Position numbers and translations under genes: made by a program. From the IMG/VR virus record IMGVR_UViG_3300045283_000397, positions 1-64,000 of that record: a DNA stretch of 64,000 nucleotides; one strand, written 5' to 3'. Below the pieces are notes generated by a model, which saw nothing but the letters and a program-made list of their open reading frames with translations, made no database searches and was not told where the DNA came from. Source of the DNA: a virus. How positions within the stretch are numbered: the stretch's first letter is position 1; each line of letters begins with the position of its first letter. Below are positions 36,228 through 45,837 of this stretch, in pieces.

Positions 36228-37790
36228 ATGCCCCTTACCCCCGCCCAGCGCCTCGCGGCCCTATTCACTGGCAACGACACGGCCCACGGCACCCACGGCG
36301 AGCCCGAGCACAACCCCACCAAGGCCAAGTGGGAGATCAAGGCCACCGCGCGCACTAAGCGGGGGGCCCCCACCATCGAACTCTGGGAGCAGCACCTCGC
36401 TGGCGACTACCCGCTCGGCATCGTTGCCATCCAGACCAACTCCACCGCGCAATGGGGCTGCATCGACATCGACGAATACCAAGACGACTTGCTGCGCCTC
36501 ATCCAACAAATAAACGTAAACCACTACCCCCTCGTCCCTTGCCGCTCCAAATCCGGCGGCCTTCACTTATTCCTCTTCCTCACCTCCCCGGCCCCGGCCA
36601 TTGCCATCATCACCCTACTGCGCGACATCGCGGCGCGCATTGGCCACGCCACGGCCGAGATCTTCCCCAAGCAAGCCCAGGTCCAGACCGAGCGCGGCGA
36701 TGTGGGCAACTGGATGATAATGCCCTACTTCGGCTCGACCTACAATAACAAGCTACGCGAGCAGGTCGGCCTCAAGCAAACCGGTGCTGAGCAAACCCTA
36801 ACCGAATTCCTCGACGTAGCCGAAGCCGCGCGCATAACCCCCGACCAGCTGCGCGCATTCTCTACCCCCGCCAACGGCCACGGGCGCGCGCGCCCGCCCA
36901 GCGGTCCATTTAGCGACGGGCCCCCCTGCCTCCAGATACTCACAGAGATCGGCTGGTCCACCAATCGCAATGAAACCCTCATGCACGCCGGGCGCTACGC
37001 TAAGCTCTCTCACCCCGATTGGAAGTCCGAGATCGCGCGCTATAATTCCGAATATTGCCGCCCCCCGCTGCCCCCCGAGGAAGTCACCACGATTGTGCGC
37101 TCGCTAGAAAAGAAAGACTATGAGTATTTTTGTAAGAAACAGCCCATGGCCAGCCATTGCAATTCCTCGCAGTGCCATGCGCGCAAATTCGGCGTAGGAC
37201 CCAGCGACGATTTCCCGCGCATAACCGCGCTGCGCAAGATAGAGGGAGCATCCCCGGTATGGTTTATGAATGTAGACGACATGGCCCTGGAGCTCTCCAC
37301 CGAGCAGATGCAGCGCTTTGACCTTTTCCAGCGAGTTGCACTGGCCGTAGGGAATCACTTCTATCCCCCGATGAAGCAGGCCGCATGGGGCCAATTACTT
37401 AATGCTGCGCTGGCCAACGTCATTATCATCGAGGCCTCGTCCGATCTCACAGCGGCCGGCATTTTTCTCGCCCATTTAGAGGACTTTCTCACCAATAAGC
37501 GCCGCGGCAAACTACGCGACGAGCTACTTTCTGGCCTCCCCTGGGAGGACGAGGACGAGCATCGCTACTACTTTTCCATGAAAGGTCTTACCACTAGCCT
37601 CAAACGCGCAGGCGTGCGCGATCACGAATTGGGCGAAACCTGGATCAGCAAGCGCATCCGCGATCTCGGCGGAGATCGCAAATTCCTCAAAATCAAGGAA
37701 AAGGGCATCAACGTATGGTGGGTACCTTCCGCCTGCGTTTCGCCCACCCCGACCCCCGATATACGCCCGCTGCCCTCAACCCCCATCTGA
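36228..37790 (+). CDS. DNA primase (AEP/prim-pol type)
   Basis: WGCIDID, RSKSGGLHLFLF, EIFPKQ, PPCLQ, and a PriCT-like RNETL...PL...EV. Confidence 0.8.
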   Translation: MPLTPAQRLAALFTGNDTAHGTHGEPEHNPTKAKWEIKATARTKRGAPTIELWEQHLAGDYPLGIVAIQTNSTAQWGCIDIDEYQDDLLRLIQQINVNHYPLVPCRSKSGGLHLFLFLTSPAPAIAIITLLRDIAARIGHATAEIFPKQAQVQTERGDVGNWMIMPYFGSTYNNKLREQVGLKQTGAEQTLTEFLDVAEAARITPDQLRAFSTPANGHGRARPPSGPFSDGPPCLQILTEIGWSTNRNETLMHAGRYAKLSHPDWKSEIARYNSEYCRPPLPPEEVTTIVRSLEKKDYEYFCKKQPMASHCNSSQCHARKFGVGPSDDFPRITALRKIEGASPVWFMNVDDMALELSTEQMQRFDLFQRVALAVGNHFYPPMKQAAWGQLLNAALANVIIIEASSDLTAAGIFLAHLEDFLTNKRRGKLRDELLSGLPWEDEDEHRYYFSMKGLTTSLKRAGVRDHELGETWISKRIRDLGGDRKFLKIKEKGINVWWVPSACVSPTPTPDIRPLPSTPI

Positions 37791-38337
37791 GGAGACCTCG
37801 AATATGGACAAAGACGACTTATCCAATCTAGTTGAAGAACGCACACTACAACTGCGCTGGTACCAAGGTCCTGGCACCGCTCTTCCGCGTCTACAACAAC
37901 TCTGGCTAATTACCGGAGGATATCCCCCAAGTAACGACATACGCTATGAATGGCGCGACGTGCCCACTGAGCATACTCCATGACTACCCCCGAAGATCTC
38001 GCCGGCCCCTACATCCTCTGGCTCGACTACGGTACCGAGGGCTGGCAGCCGCGCTCCTACCCTTCCATCCGCGCCGCGCTGGAGGCCGAGCGCTACCAAT
38101 CGCGCTACATCCTCACGCGCACCGTTTCCTACAAAATCAAGGACACCACGCCATGAAGCAAGCCAAGCTCGAAGCGCAAATAGAGACAGACGATTTCCAG
38201 CCGCAGCCGGCCGGCATAGCGCCCGCCGCGCCGCATCGGTTTGTCCCCTTTCTTGGCCGGCCGGGTGTGGATGACATGTGTGCAGCCGCCACAGAAATTG
38301 AATCACTCCATCGTGTTATTAACTCCGGGAGGGCAAA

Positions 38338-38592
38338 ATGAGCCTCCGCAACACCCGCCCAGGCATATGGCTGACTTTTCGTTGTTACCGCTGCCAACAA
38401 CTCAAATTTATAGCGAATGCTGGCCATTACAAAAACCTGAATGATATGATCGGCGTCGCGCGCGACCGCGGCTGGTTCATCCCCGCCACTAATCTCTGCT
38501 ATTGCCCTGCTTGCTCCCCGGCCGCGCGCAGCGCCTACGCGCGCCGCAAGATCGTCCTCAAATTCGAAGGTGAAACGCTGCGCCTAAAATAA
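38338..38592 (+). CDS. Small Zn-finger-like protein
   Basis: CYRC...GW......YCPAC. Confidence 0.5.
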   Translation: MSLRNTRPGIWLTFRCYRCQQLKFIANAGHYKNLNDMIGVARDRGWFIPATNLCYCPACSPAARSAYARRKIVLKFEGETLRLK

Positions 38593-38606
38593 TTTTCCCC
38601 ACCCCC

Positions 38607-38635
38607 TTTACTTCCCCCCAAACCTCCTTTATACC
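38607..38635 (+). promoter_or_regulatory. Rightward promoter
   Basis: TTTACT-N17-TATACC; its leader CTAGGTGAA...AACTGGG is shared with the promoter at 44960-44988. Confidence 0.55.
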
Positions 38636-38668
38636 TAGCCCTAGGTGAACCGAGAAAGGAACTGGGAA

Positions 38669-38887
38669 ATGTCAAAGCGAACCAAATATACCGTTCACTG
38701 CCCTGACGGGCACATCGCGCGCTTCTCCGAGCAATGGCACGCGCGCGTTTTCGCCATTGCACTTTCTGAACGCATGCCGATGTACTGCATCGAAATGTCA
38801 GCGCCCGACGGCCTAATAGGCCAATACCGCGGCGGCGACACCACCCCCGAGTTCAAGCAGCACCACATCAGTGGCCTTTTCCGCTAG
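38669..38887 (+). CDS. Hypothetical protein
   Basis: ATG follows AGGAACTGGGAA. Confidence 0.55.
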   Translation: MSKRTKYTVHCPDGHIARFSEQWHARVFAIALSERMPMYCIEMSAPDGLIGQYRGGDTTPEFKQHHISGLFR

Positions 38888-39211
38888 CCCTAGCCCACCC
38901 CGCGCGCTATGCTAGCCCCGCAACCAAGGACACCCACGCCGATGCCCACCTACACTTTCACCGGCCCCGCCGTGCCCGCCATAGCCACGCGCGTAAGCGC
39001 GCCCAGCGAACCCGCAGCGCGCGACTTAGCCATGGCCGCGCGCCACACAGCCCAGCAGATGGCCAAGATCCAAGCGCGCCGGCCTTACCTTGGCGCTGGC
39101 CTAACCCTCATCAAGCAAGAGGATTAGCCGATGCTCTACGACAAGAAGTGGGATACCCCGCCACCACCTTCCACCCCGACTGGACCACCACCTAACAGAA
39201 GGAACTGGGCA

Positions 39212-39721
39212 ATGCTACCACGCTACCGCACCGCTTGCGAGCAACTAAACACCCAAGCCTTAGAGCTCTTGGCCGAGCGCTTCGACCTCCAGGCCACGTC
39301 GGACTCCAGCTACGATCTGCTCCGACCGATCAGCCACGCCGCCGCCACCGTAACCCTCCTGCGCGCCGGCTACACCCAAGACGCCGAGCTCCTGCTCGGA
39401 CGCCCCATAACCCACTGCGCGCCCGCCCCCAACTCCCCGCTCCTCGTCTGCGGCACGGCCACCCTCCTCGCGCGCCTGGCGGCGCAACTACCCGCCGAGC
39501 GCGGGCCCACCCCCGGCACCAACAATACGCGCCTCTACGACCGGCTGCGCGTCCAATCGGTCGGGCCAGATGCCCGGCGGATTGGAATGCGATCTCTCGG
39601 CCGCGCGCGCTTACGCCCTGGCGTCACCGTCGGCCAGCTCCTGCGCCGCGGCATGTCGCGCCGCCGCCTTAGCGAGGCCGCGCGCCAGGGTTGGATCACC
39701 CTGGCCGAGCCCACAGCGTAA
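39212..39721 (+). CDS. Hypothetical protein
   Basis: ATG follows AGGAACTGGGCA; an upstream in-frame start at 39131 is also possible. Confidence 0.5.
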   Translation: MLPRYRTACEQLNTQALELLAERFDLQATSDSSYDLLRPISHAAATVTLLRAGYTQDAELLLGRPITHCAPAPNSPLLVCGTATLLARLAAQLPAERGPTPGTNNTRLYDRLRVQSVGPDARRIGMRSLGRARLRPGVTVGQLLRRGMSRRRLSEAARQGWITLAEPTA

Positions 39722-40026
39722 ACGGTGAGTGTACAACGGAGGAAGTAATGAACGACCTCACATCCGCCGAGCGAGAGTTGTTATCTTGGCTCTCTGAGGA
39801 AGATTTTAACCAATACGGCGAATGCCACGGGAAAACTCTTGACTCGCTCCTTGCGAAGGGGTTGGCGCGAATTCACGGCCCCGGAGAACATCAGCGGTTC
39901 ATCGCCAACGACTTTTCCGGCACCAAAGGAATGATGTACCGGGCCGTTTCTTTAACTGAGGCCGGCTGGGAAGAAGTTAAGGCGATGCGAGTCGTAAATA
40001 CCTGATTAACGACGGGACCCAGAGCG

Positions 40027-40833
40027 ATGGTCATCGTTTTAGATTGCGAAACCACCGGCCTCCGCCCCGAGGCCGGCCACACCGTGGTCGAGCTCGCCGC
40101 GGTGGCCTTAACCCCCGACCCTTACCCATTCACCGAGCTCTCGGTAGACCTGGCACAGGGCACCGGCCTAAAGTACCGCACCCAGCAAACCTACTCGCTC
40201 GCCCCCCATCCATTCTCCACTCTCGTCGCCCCGGGCCGGCGCCTCTCCCCCGAGGCCCAAGCCGTGCACCACCTGCGCGATATCGACTTGCGCCAGGCCC
40301 CTAAGCTGCCACTAGCCCTAGACCAGATGCTGCACCACTTCGGCGCCTCGCGCGGCACGCGGCTGGTAGTTGCGGCTCATAACGCCGCGTTTGACCGGGC
40401 TTTCCTGGAGACCTTCCACGACCACTTCGGCGCGGCCCAATGGCTGTGTACCTATCGCCTAGCCTGCCACCTCTACCCCAATGCCCCGGGCCACTCCAAT
40501 CAAGTCCTCCGATATTTCCTCGGGTTGGACAACGAAGTGCGCGCGAGCCTCCCCGGCCAATCGCTTTCTGCGCACCGCGCCCTCTACGATGCCATCACCA
40601 CCGCCTGCCTACTCAAGCACATGCTTAGCAACCGCACGCTAGAAGACTTGTTGATCCTACAGGATCAACCCGTCCTCCAGCGTGTGGTACGTTTCGGCAA
40701 ATATCGCGGCCAGGAGTGGGCGGCCGTGCCGCGCGACTACCTCGCCTACGTCATGCGCCAGACCGGTCCCGGCGGCTTCGACGCAGACGTGATGCACACG
40801 GCCGCCTTCCACATGAACAGGAGTCCGATATGA
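40027..40833 (+). CDS. DnaQ-like 3'-5' exonuclease (ExoX-like)
   Basis: LDCETTG, AHNAAFD, AHRALYD; C-terminal FGKYRG.W..VP.DYL. Confidence 0.85.
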   Translation: MVIVLDCETTGLRPEAGHTVVELAAVALTPDPYPFTELSVDLAQGTGLKYRTQQTYSLAPHPFSTLVAPGRRLSPEAQAVHHLRDIDLRQAPKLPLALDQMLHHFGASRGTRLVVAAHNAAFDRAFLETFHDHFGAAQWLCTYRLACHLYPNAPGHSNQVLRYFLGLDNEVRASLPGQSLSAHRALYDAITTACLLKHMLSNRTLEDLLILQDQPVLQRVVRFGKYRGQEWAAVPRDYLAYVMRQTGPGGFDADVMHTAAFHMNRSPI

Positions 40834-41258
40834 AAATCAACGGCAAGCGCGTAGTGGATGCCACCCGCCCCCTCAAGATCGAGATAAGCGCGAAGGACGC
40901 CGCGGCGGGTAAGCGCAACGATCCCGGTGGATGCGCTGCCGCGCGCGCCATCGTGCGCGGCTATCGCGACACCGGCGCTAAGCAAGCCAGAGTACACCTC
41001 GGGCGCACCTATATCGAATACGAGGACAAGTGGGTGCGCTACAACACTCCCACCTCGCTCAAGACCGAAATCGTCTCCTTCGACCGCGGCGCCGAGGCCC
41101 AATATTCGGCCGGCACCTACAACCTCCAGGCCATCCAGCCCACCGCGCGCCTGGGCGTCAAGCGCTCCGGGCCCTCCGGCCCGCGCGGCAAGCGCCCGCA
41201 CATCGCGCGCGTCCACCACCAGATCGAAGGCGTCCGCGCCCGCGGAGCCAACCGCTAA
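40830..41258 (+). CDS. Hypothetical protein
   Basis: MKINGKRVVDAT...CAAARA; coupled to the upstream gene. Confidence 0.6.
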   Translation: MKINGKRVVDATRPLKIEISAKDAAAGKRNDPGGCAAARAIVRGYRDTGAKQARVHLGRTYIEYEDKWVRYNTPTSLKTEIVSFDRGAEAQYSAGTYNLQAIQPTARLGVKRSGPSGPRGKRPHIARVHHQIEGVRARGANR

Positions 41259-41440
41259 TGGCCCGCCGCAAGCCGATACCGCGCACCGGGGGCGCCACGC
41301 TACCTTGTCCCGGCTGCGGCGGGATAACGCGCGCCATAGAAACTCGCCGGCCCCCGGCTAAGCACCACCCGGTGGTGCTACGCCAGCGGCGTTGCGTGGA
41401 TTGCGGCCTCATCACCCGTACGCGCGAGCAGCGCGCATGA
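41258..41440 (+). CDS. Zn-ribbon protein (resembles the NrdR N-terminus)
   Basis: CPGCG....ETR......RQRRCVDCG....TRE. Confidence 0.6.
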   Translation: MARRKPIPRTGGATLPCPGCGGITRAIETRRPPAKHHPVVLRQRRCVDCGLITRTREQRA

Positions 41441-41669
41441 TCGTTGCGGGCGAGAGCGGGACCGTGAAGGCGCGCCCAGCCGTACCGGAGCTTCTGGACG
41501 AACTATTCTCAGCCGTCCAAGAAGCGCAAGGCCATGGCTTCATCTCAGATGGTGAAGCCTACGGCCTTACCCACCAGCAATTCTTCGATCAAATCCGCTC
41601 CCGCTTGGACTGGAACAAAGAGGCGATAAAGATTATCAAGAAGTTTCTCCGCAAATATGGGGAAAGGGC

Positions 41670-42092
41670 ATGATTGATGGCGGCTTGCGCGCGCTCTTCC
41701 GCGCCCACCTGCCCGCCTTCATGTGGACCAGCATCGAAACCGGACAAACGGGAAGGGGTATCCCTGATAGCGAGTATTGTTATCAAGGCCAAACCGGATG
41801 GATTGAATTTAAGGTGGTTTCGGGTTGGGCAGTGCCACTGCGCCCCGAGCAAGTCGCCTGGCTTAGCCGGCGCGCGCGCTATAGGGGGCGCTGCTGGGTG
41901 GCCGTGCGCCGCAAGCACTCGGGCGGCCCGCGCAAGGGCGCCGCGGTGGATGAGATTTACATCTGGCCCGGCGCGCGCGCGGCCGACCTCAAGCGCCTCG
42001 GCCTTGAGCATGGCCTGCTGGGCGATTGCTACGGCGCCAACGGCCCGGCGCGGTGGTCCTGGGACGCCATCGCGCGACTGCTGACCACCTAA
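41670..42092 (+). CDS. PD-(D/E)XK nuclease (VRR-NUC/resolvase-like)
   Basis: IET....GIPD.......WIEFK......LRPEQVAW. Confidence 0.75.
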   Translation: MIDGGLRALFRAHLPAFMWTSIETGQTGRGIPDSEYCYQGQTGWIEFKVVSGWAVPLRPEQVAWLSRRARYRGRCWVAVRRKHSGGPRKGAAVDEIYIWPGARAADLKRLGLEHGLLGDCYGANGPARWSWDAIARLLTT

Positions 42093-43434
42093 GAATTATA
42101 GGTGCGGTGCGGCAACACTCGGCCATACATGACGCGCCCCGAATACGGCTCGCTGCTGGTCACCCCGGTCATGGCCGGGTGCTCGGGGTGCTGGTCGCCG
42201 GGCTTGTGGCCGCATCCCCGGCACACCATGAAGCCGCTCTTGCGCTCGTAGGACGCGCCGCAGCGCGGACACCCCACAACCCTGCTCCGTTTCTTATCGC
42301 GCATCAGCATTGTCCCTAATGTAGTTGACCTCTCTCCTCAGCGCCGCGCCACGGTAGCCTAGCCCCGCTATCCGCGCGCCGAGCACATCCACATCGCCCT
42401 CGTACATCCCCCCGGCCTCGCGGAACTCCGCGATGGCGCGCTCGCGCCGCCACTGCCACAACTCGGTGGCTTGCACCCCCGGCCCGGGCCCCATCACACC
42501 CTCCCTATCAGGCTGAACACCACCATCAGCACCAGAACCGCCGCCGCTAGCCAAAGCGGCGCGGCCCAGGCCACCTTATACGCTAGCCCGCGCGCCAGCG
42601 CGCGCACGATGTGCTCCGCGAGCGACTGACGCATCAGTGGTTCGGCGCGAAGCCGCCCTCCCACCCGGGTGGGTCGGGCGGCTCGGCATGTGCCCGCTCG
42701 TATTCGATGAAGCTCTCGATTCGGTCCTGAATCAATTGGGCGAGCTCCTTGCACCTGGCGTCGCTAAACAATAACGGCTCATCCTCCAGGAACACCGAGG
42801 CGAGGTCGTAGCAGCGCGGGTCGTAGCTCATCTCATGCCCCCGCCACCAGCGCGCCGAACACGGCCACGCAGGCCAGGAACAGGCCGAGCGAGGCCAGCG
42901 CCCCGAGCTCGACCAGGATGTCGTACAGCGTCCAGTTCATAACCCCGTCCTCCTCAGTAGGCGCCGCGCCTCGGCGACCCTGTCCATGATGCACTGGTAG
43001 TTTGTGTTGCCGAATTCGCGCCGGCACAGCGGCTCCATGAGGCTTATCGAGGCATCCACCTCATTGGCCAATTTGGCAAGGGCCTCATGTAGCGGCCCGA
43101 CTTCAGTTGCCGCCGCGAACAGCTTTTCGCACTCGACCGGGGTGAGTTCCCGATCACCATCGCTTTCGCGGACGATGAGGTAAGTTTCAAGCGGCTTCTT
43201 GATGACCATTAATCCGGGGATGATCATTGGTCCTCCTCCAGCTCTACCTGGCGCGCCACCACCACGGCCAGGGCGGAGCTCACGGTGCCCTCCATCTGCC
43301 AGCCGTGCAGATCGTGGCGGTTGACCATGAGCTTGAAGAGCGAGCGCCGCCCGCCCGAGCGCCGGCTCTCCCATATCTCGTAGGAGGGCCGCACCCGCGT
43401 CATCATGTATGTCGTCATGTCCTAGTTCCTTTCC

Positions 43435-44931
43435 TCAGTTGACATAAGCCAGCAGCTGCTGCGCCCGGGTGATGGCTACGTAGGCCAGGTTCTCTTCCTG
43501 GCGCTTCTGCCAGTCCTGCTTGGCCCAGGGGCTGGGGCACAAGCCCGACCGGTAGAGGTACACCCGGCCCCACTCGCGCCCCTTGGAGCGGTGGTAGGTG
43601 GCACAGGTGATGATGCGCTGGCCTTCGGCCGCGTCGGTGTCCGCGAACATAGTGTTAATGAAGGCCTGGACGTCGCAGACGTCCTTTTGGCCTTTATTAA
43701 GGACCGCCTGGCAGATCTCCACCAGCGTCTCGCACTTGTCCGCGACGGCTTCGGCCTTGACATCCTGGCCACGCGCCAGGTGCTTCTGCATCTCGCGCTC
43801 CCTGTAGATGTCCAGGCGATTGAGCAGCGCGTCGATGGTCTTGACCTTCCACCGCCCCGCCAGCTTTGCCAGGCCCTCGCCGATCGCGCGGCCTTCCACC
43901 TTGCAAGCCTTGCCCTGGCGGATCATCGAATAAGCTACCTGGATGAGCGGCGCGGTGTTGCGGCAGAGCACCGCGTCGCCGGCCCCGAGGTCCTCGGGCA
44001 GCGCCGGCAGCATAGCTACCTCGCCCTTGGCGGCGCCTTCGGCCGCCTCAATGTCCGGCACCAAGCGCTGGGCCTCGGCCACCACCGCGCGCGGGCAACG
44101 CCACGTCATGGTCAGCGGCATGGCCTGGGCCTGTAAGTCTTTGATCAGGTCGGTCAGCGCGTCGGCACCGGCGCCGGCAAAGCCCATGATGGCCTGGCGG
44201 TCGTCGCCCACCACCACCATGCGCCCGCTCCTCTTGAGAAACTTGCGCATCAGCGCCTGGCGCGTGCGGTTGGTGTCCTGGGCCTCGTCGAGGAAGATGA
44301 GGTCCTTACCGAATTTGACGCGGATGTTCTTGATGAGCGGGAACAGCACCATGTCGTCGAAGTCTACCACGTCGGTCTGCTCTAGCGAGGCCCGATAGAT
44401 ATACTGGGCGGCCTCCACGATCGCGTCCATGGCCGAAGTATCATCCAGCCCGTTCACGTCGTAGTGGTCGGCCAGCGCGTGCCAAGTCATGGCGTCGCCT
44501 ATGGGGGAGTCGGTAAAGAAACCGACTCCCGCAACTTTGGCCAGGTGCACCAGTTGGCAAATCTGGGCCTCGTATTCGCGGTAGACGGCCTCGTTGCGCC
44601 CGCGCACTAGCAAGCGCACCTTGTTGTCGTCCACCTTGGGCTTGAACATGAACTTGACGAGCCCGAATCCTATGCTGTGCGTGGTGGCGGCCTGGGCCTG
44701 GCGCCAGTCCAACCCCATCTTGGCCAGCTTGCCCTTGATCTCCTCGGCGATGGCCTTGCCGAAGGCGCAGACCAGCACCTCGTGCCCGGGGAACTTCGCC
44801 AGATACGCGGCCACCCCGAGCAGGATTGTGTGCGTCTTGCCCGTGCCCGCGCGCGCCACCAGCGCCAGGTGGCTCACGCCTTCCACCAGTGCCCTTACGA
44901 AGTCCGCCTGCTGCTTGGTAGGGGTAGTCAT
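43435..44931 (-). CDS. UvrD-like superfamily 1 helicase
   Basis: ARAGTGKT, DEAQD, VGDDRQAI, TYHRSKGRE, YVAITRA. Confidence 0.9.
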   Translation of the reverse strand: MTTPTKQQADFVRALVEGVSHLALVARAGTGKTHTILLGVAAYLAKFPGHEVLVCAFGKAIAEEIKGKLAKMGLDWRQAQAATTHSIGFGLVKFMFKPKVDDNKVRLLVRGRNEAVYREYEAQICQLVHLAKVAGVGFFTDSPIGDAMTWHALADHYDVNGLDDTSAMDAIVEAAQYIYRASLEQTDVVDFDDMVLFPLIKNIRVKFGKDLIFLDEAQDTNRTRQALMRKFLKRSGRMVVVGDDRQAIMGFAGAGADALTDLIKDLQAQAMPLTMTWRCPRAVVAEAQRLVPDIEAAEGAAKGEVAMLPALPEDLGAGDAVLCRNTAPLIQVAYSMIRQGKACKVEGRAIGEGLAKLAGRWKVKTIDALLNRLDIYREREMQKHLARGQDVKAEAVADKCETLVEICQAVLNKGQKDVCDVQAFINTMFADTDAAEGQRIITCATYHRSKGREWGRVYLYRSGLCPSPWAKQDWQKRQEENLAYVAITRAQQLLAYVN

Positions 44932-44959
44932 GGCCCAGTTCTCCTCTTCACCTAGCCCT

Positions 44960-44988
44960 AGTATGCCCCTTCCAATCCCAGAAGTAAA
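44960..44988 (-). promoter_or_regulatory. Promoter for the helicase gene
   Basis: TTTACT-N17-CATACT. Confidence 0.6.
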
Positions 44989-45114
44989 GCCCCTTGCTTC
45001 ATTTATTTTGCCCTATACGCGCGCCAAGCCATCACCGCCCACGCCCCCGCCAGCACCACCCCCGCGCCCGCGTAGAGCCACCAGCCGGCTAGGTCCTTCA
45101 TCCTACAGACCTTT

Positions 45115-45837
45115 TCAAAATCCTTGGTACGAATTCTTTTGCCACCAGAGTTTATCGGGGACAAATCCCCCATCATCAGCCCATCGAAAATAATCGTTTC
45201 TCATAGCTAAACGCTGCATGGCTGCTTTTCGATTTGCTACCGTTTTAGCTGACTGCTTTTTGCCTTTTCGAGCTGCGCTTAGTTTTTTCAAATGTTCTTC
45301 AGACTGCTTCTTGCCTATGAAATGTAGTCTAGTTTTCTCAATCGCTTCTTGGGAACGCTTTCGGCCCTTTAAAGAAACCCCTTGCTTTTGTCTAGATTCC
45401 AAGGTTCTTTTGGTACCTATTTTGGCTTTTCTCATTTTCTCCCGAGTTTCAGGCCCAGGTCTAATCCCTTCATGAGCTATACTAATAAGGCGCCGAGTTT
45501 CCATCGAGAGATAACGGCCAGATTTGCTGCCGCGATAGACATTGGTGGTGCGATTATAATAGCGAACGCAAAGCTCATCGCGAGTAATCATGCTGACCCA
45601 GCGCTGCTCAATTTCCAAAAGCGCCTGGACATTCCTAATGGCTATCCGATATATTATGCGGCGCTTGAAATCTTGGGACCGTTCCCGGTACTCCTTAAGC
45701 ATGGTCCGAGAAGAACAAATATAGCCATCGTCCTCTTCACCCATGTGAGAACCGACATAGAACATTTTGCGAGAACGATCGCGCCAGATGTACACAAAAC
45801 CATAAAATTTAGGCAGTGTTCCATGCATTTTTGGCAC
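45115..45837 (-). CDS. Free-standing GIY-YIG (Seg-like) endonuclease with NUMOD3 repeats
   Basis: GFVY......MFYVGSH....DGYICSS, YYN, and ETREKMRKAK repeats; overlaps the polymerase stop. Confidence 0.85.
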   Translation of the reverse strand: MPKMHGTLPKFYGFVYIWRDRSRKMFYVGSHMGEEDDGYICSSRTMLKEYRERSQDFKRRIIYRIAIRNVQALLEIEQRWVSMITRDELCVRYYNRTTNVYRGSKSGRYLSMETRRLISIAHEGIRPGPETREKMRKAKIGTKRTLESRQKQGVSLKGRKRSQEAIEKTRLHFIGKKQSEEHLKKLSAARKGKKQSAKTVANRKAAMQRLAMRNDYFRWADDGGFVPDKLWWQKNSYQGF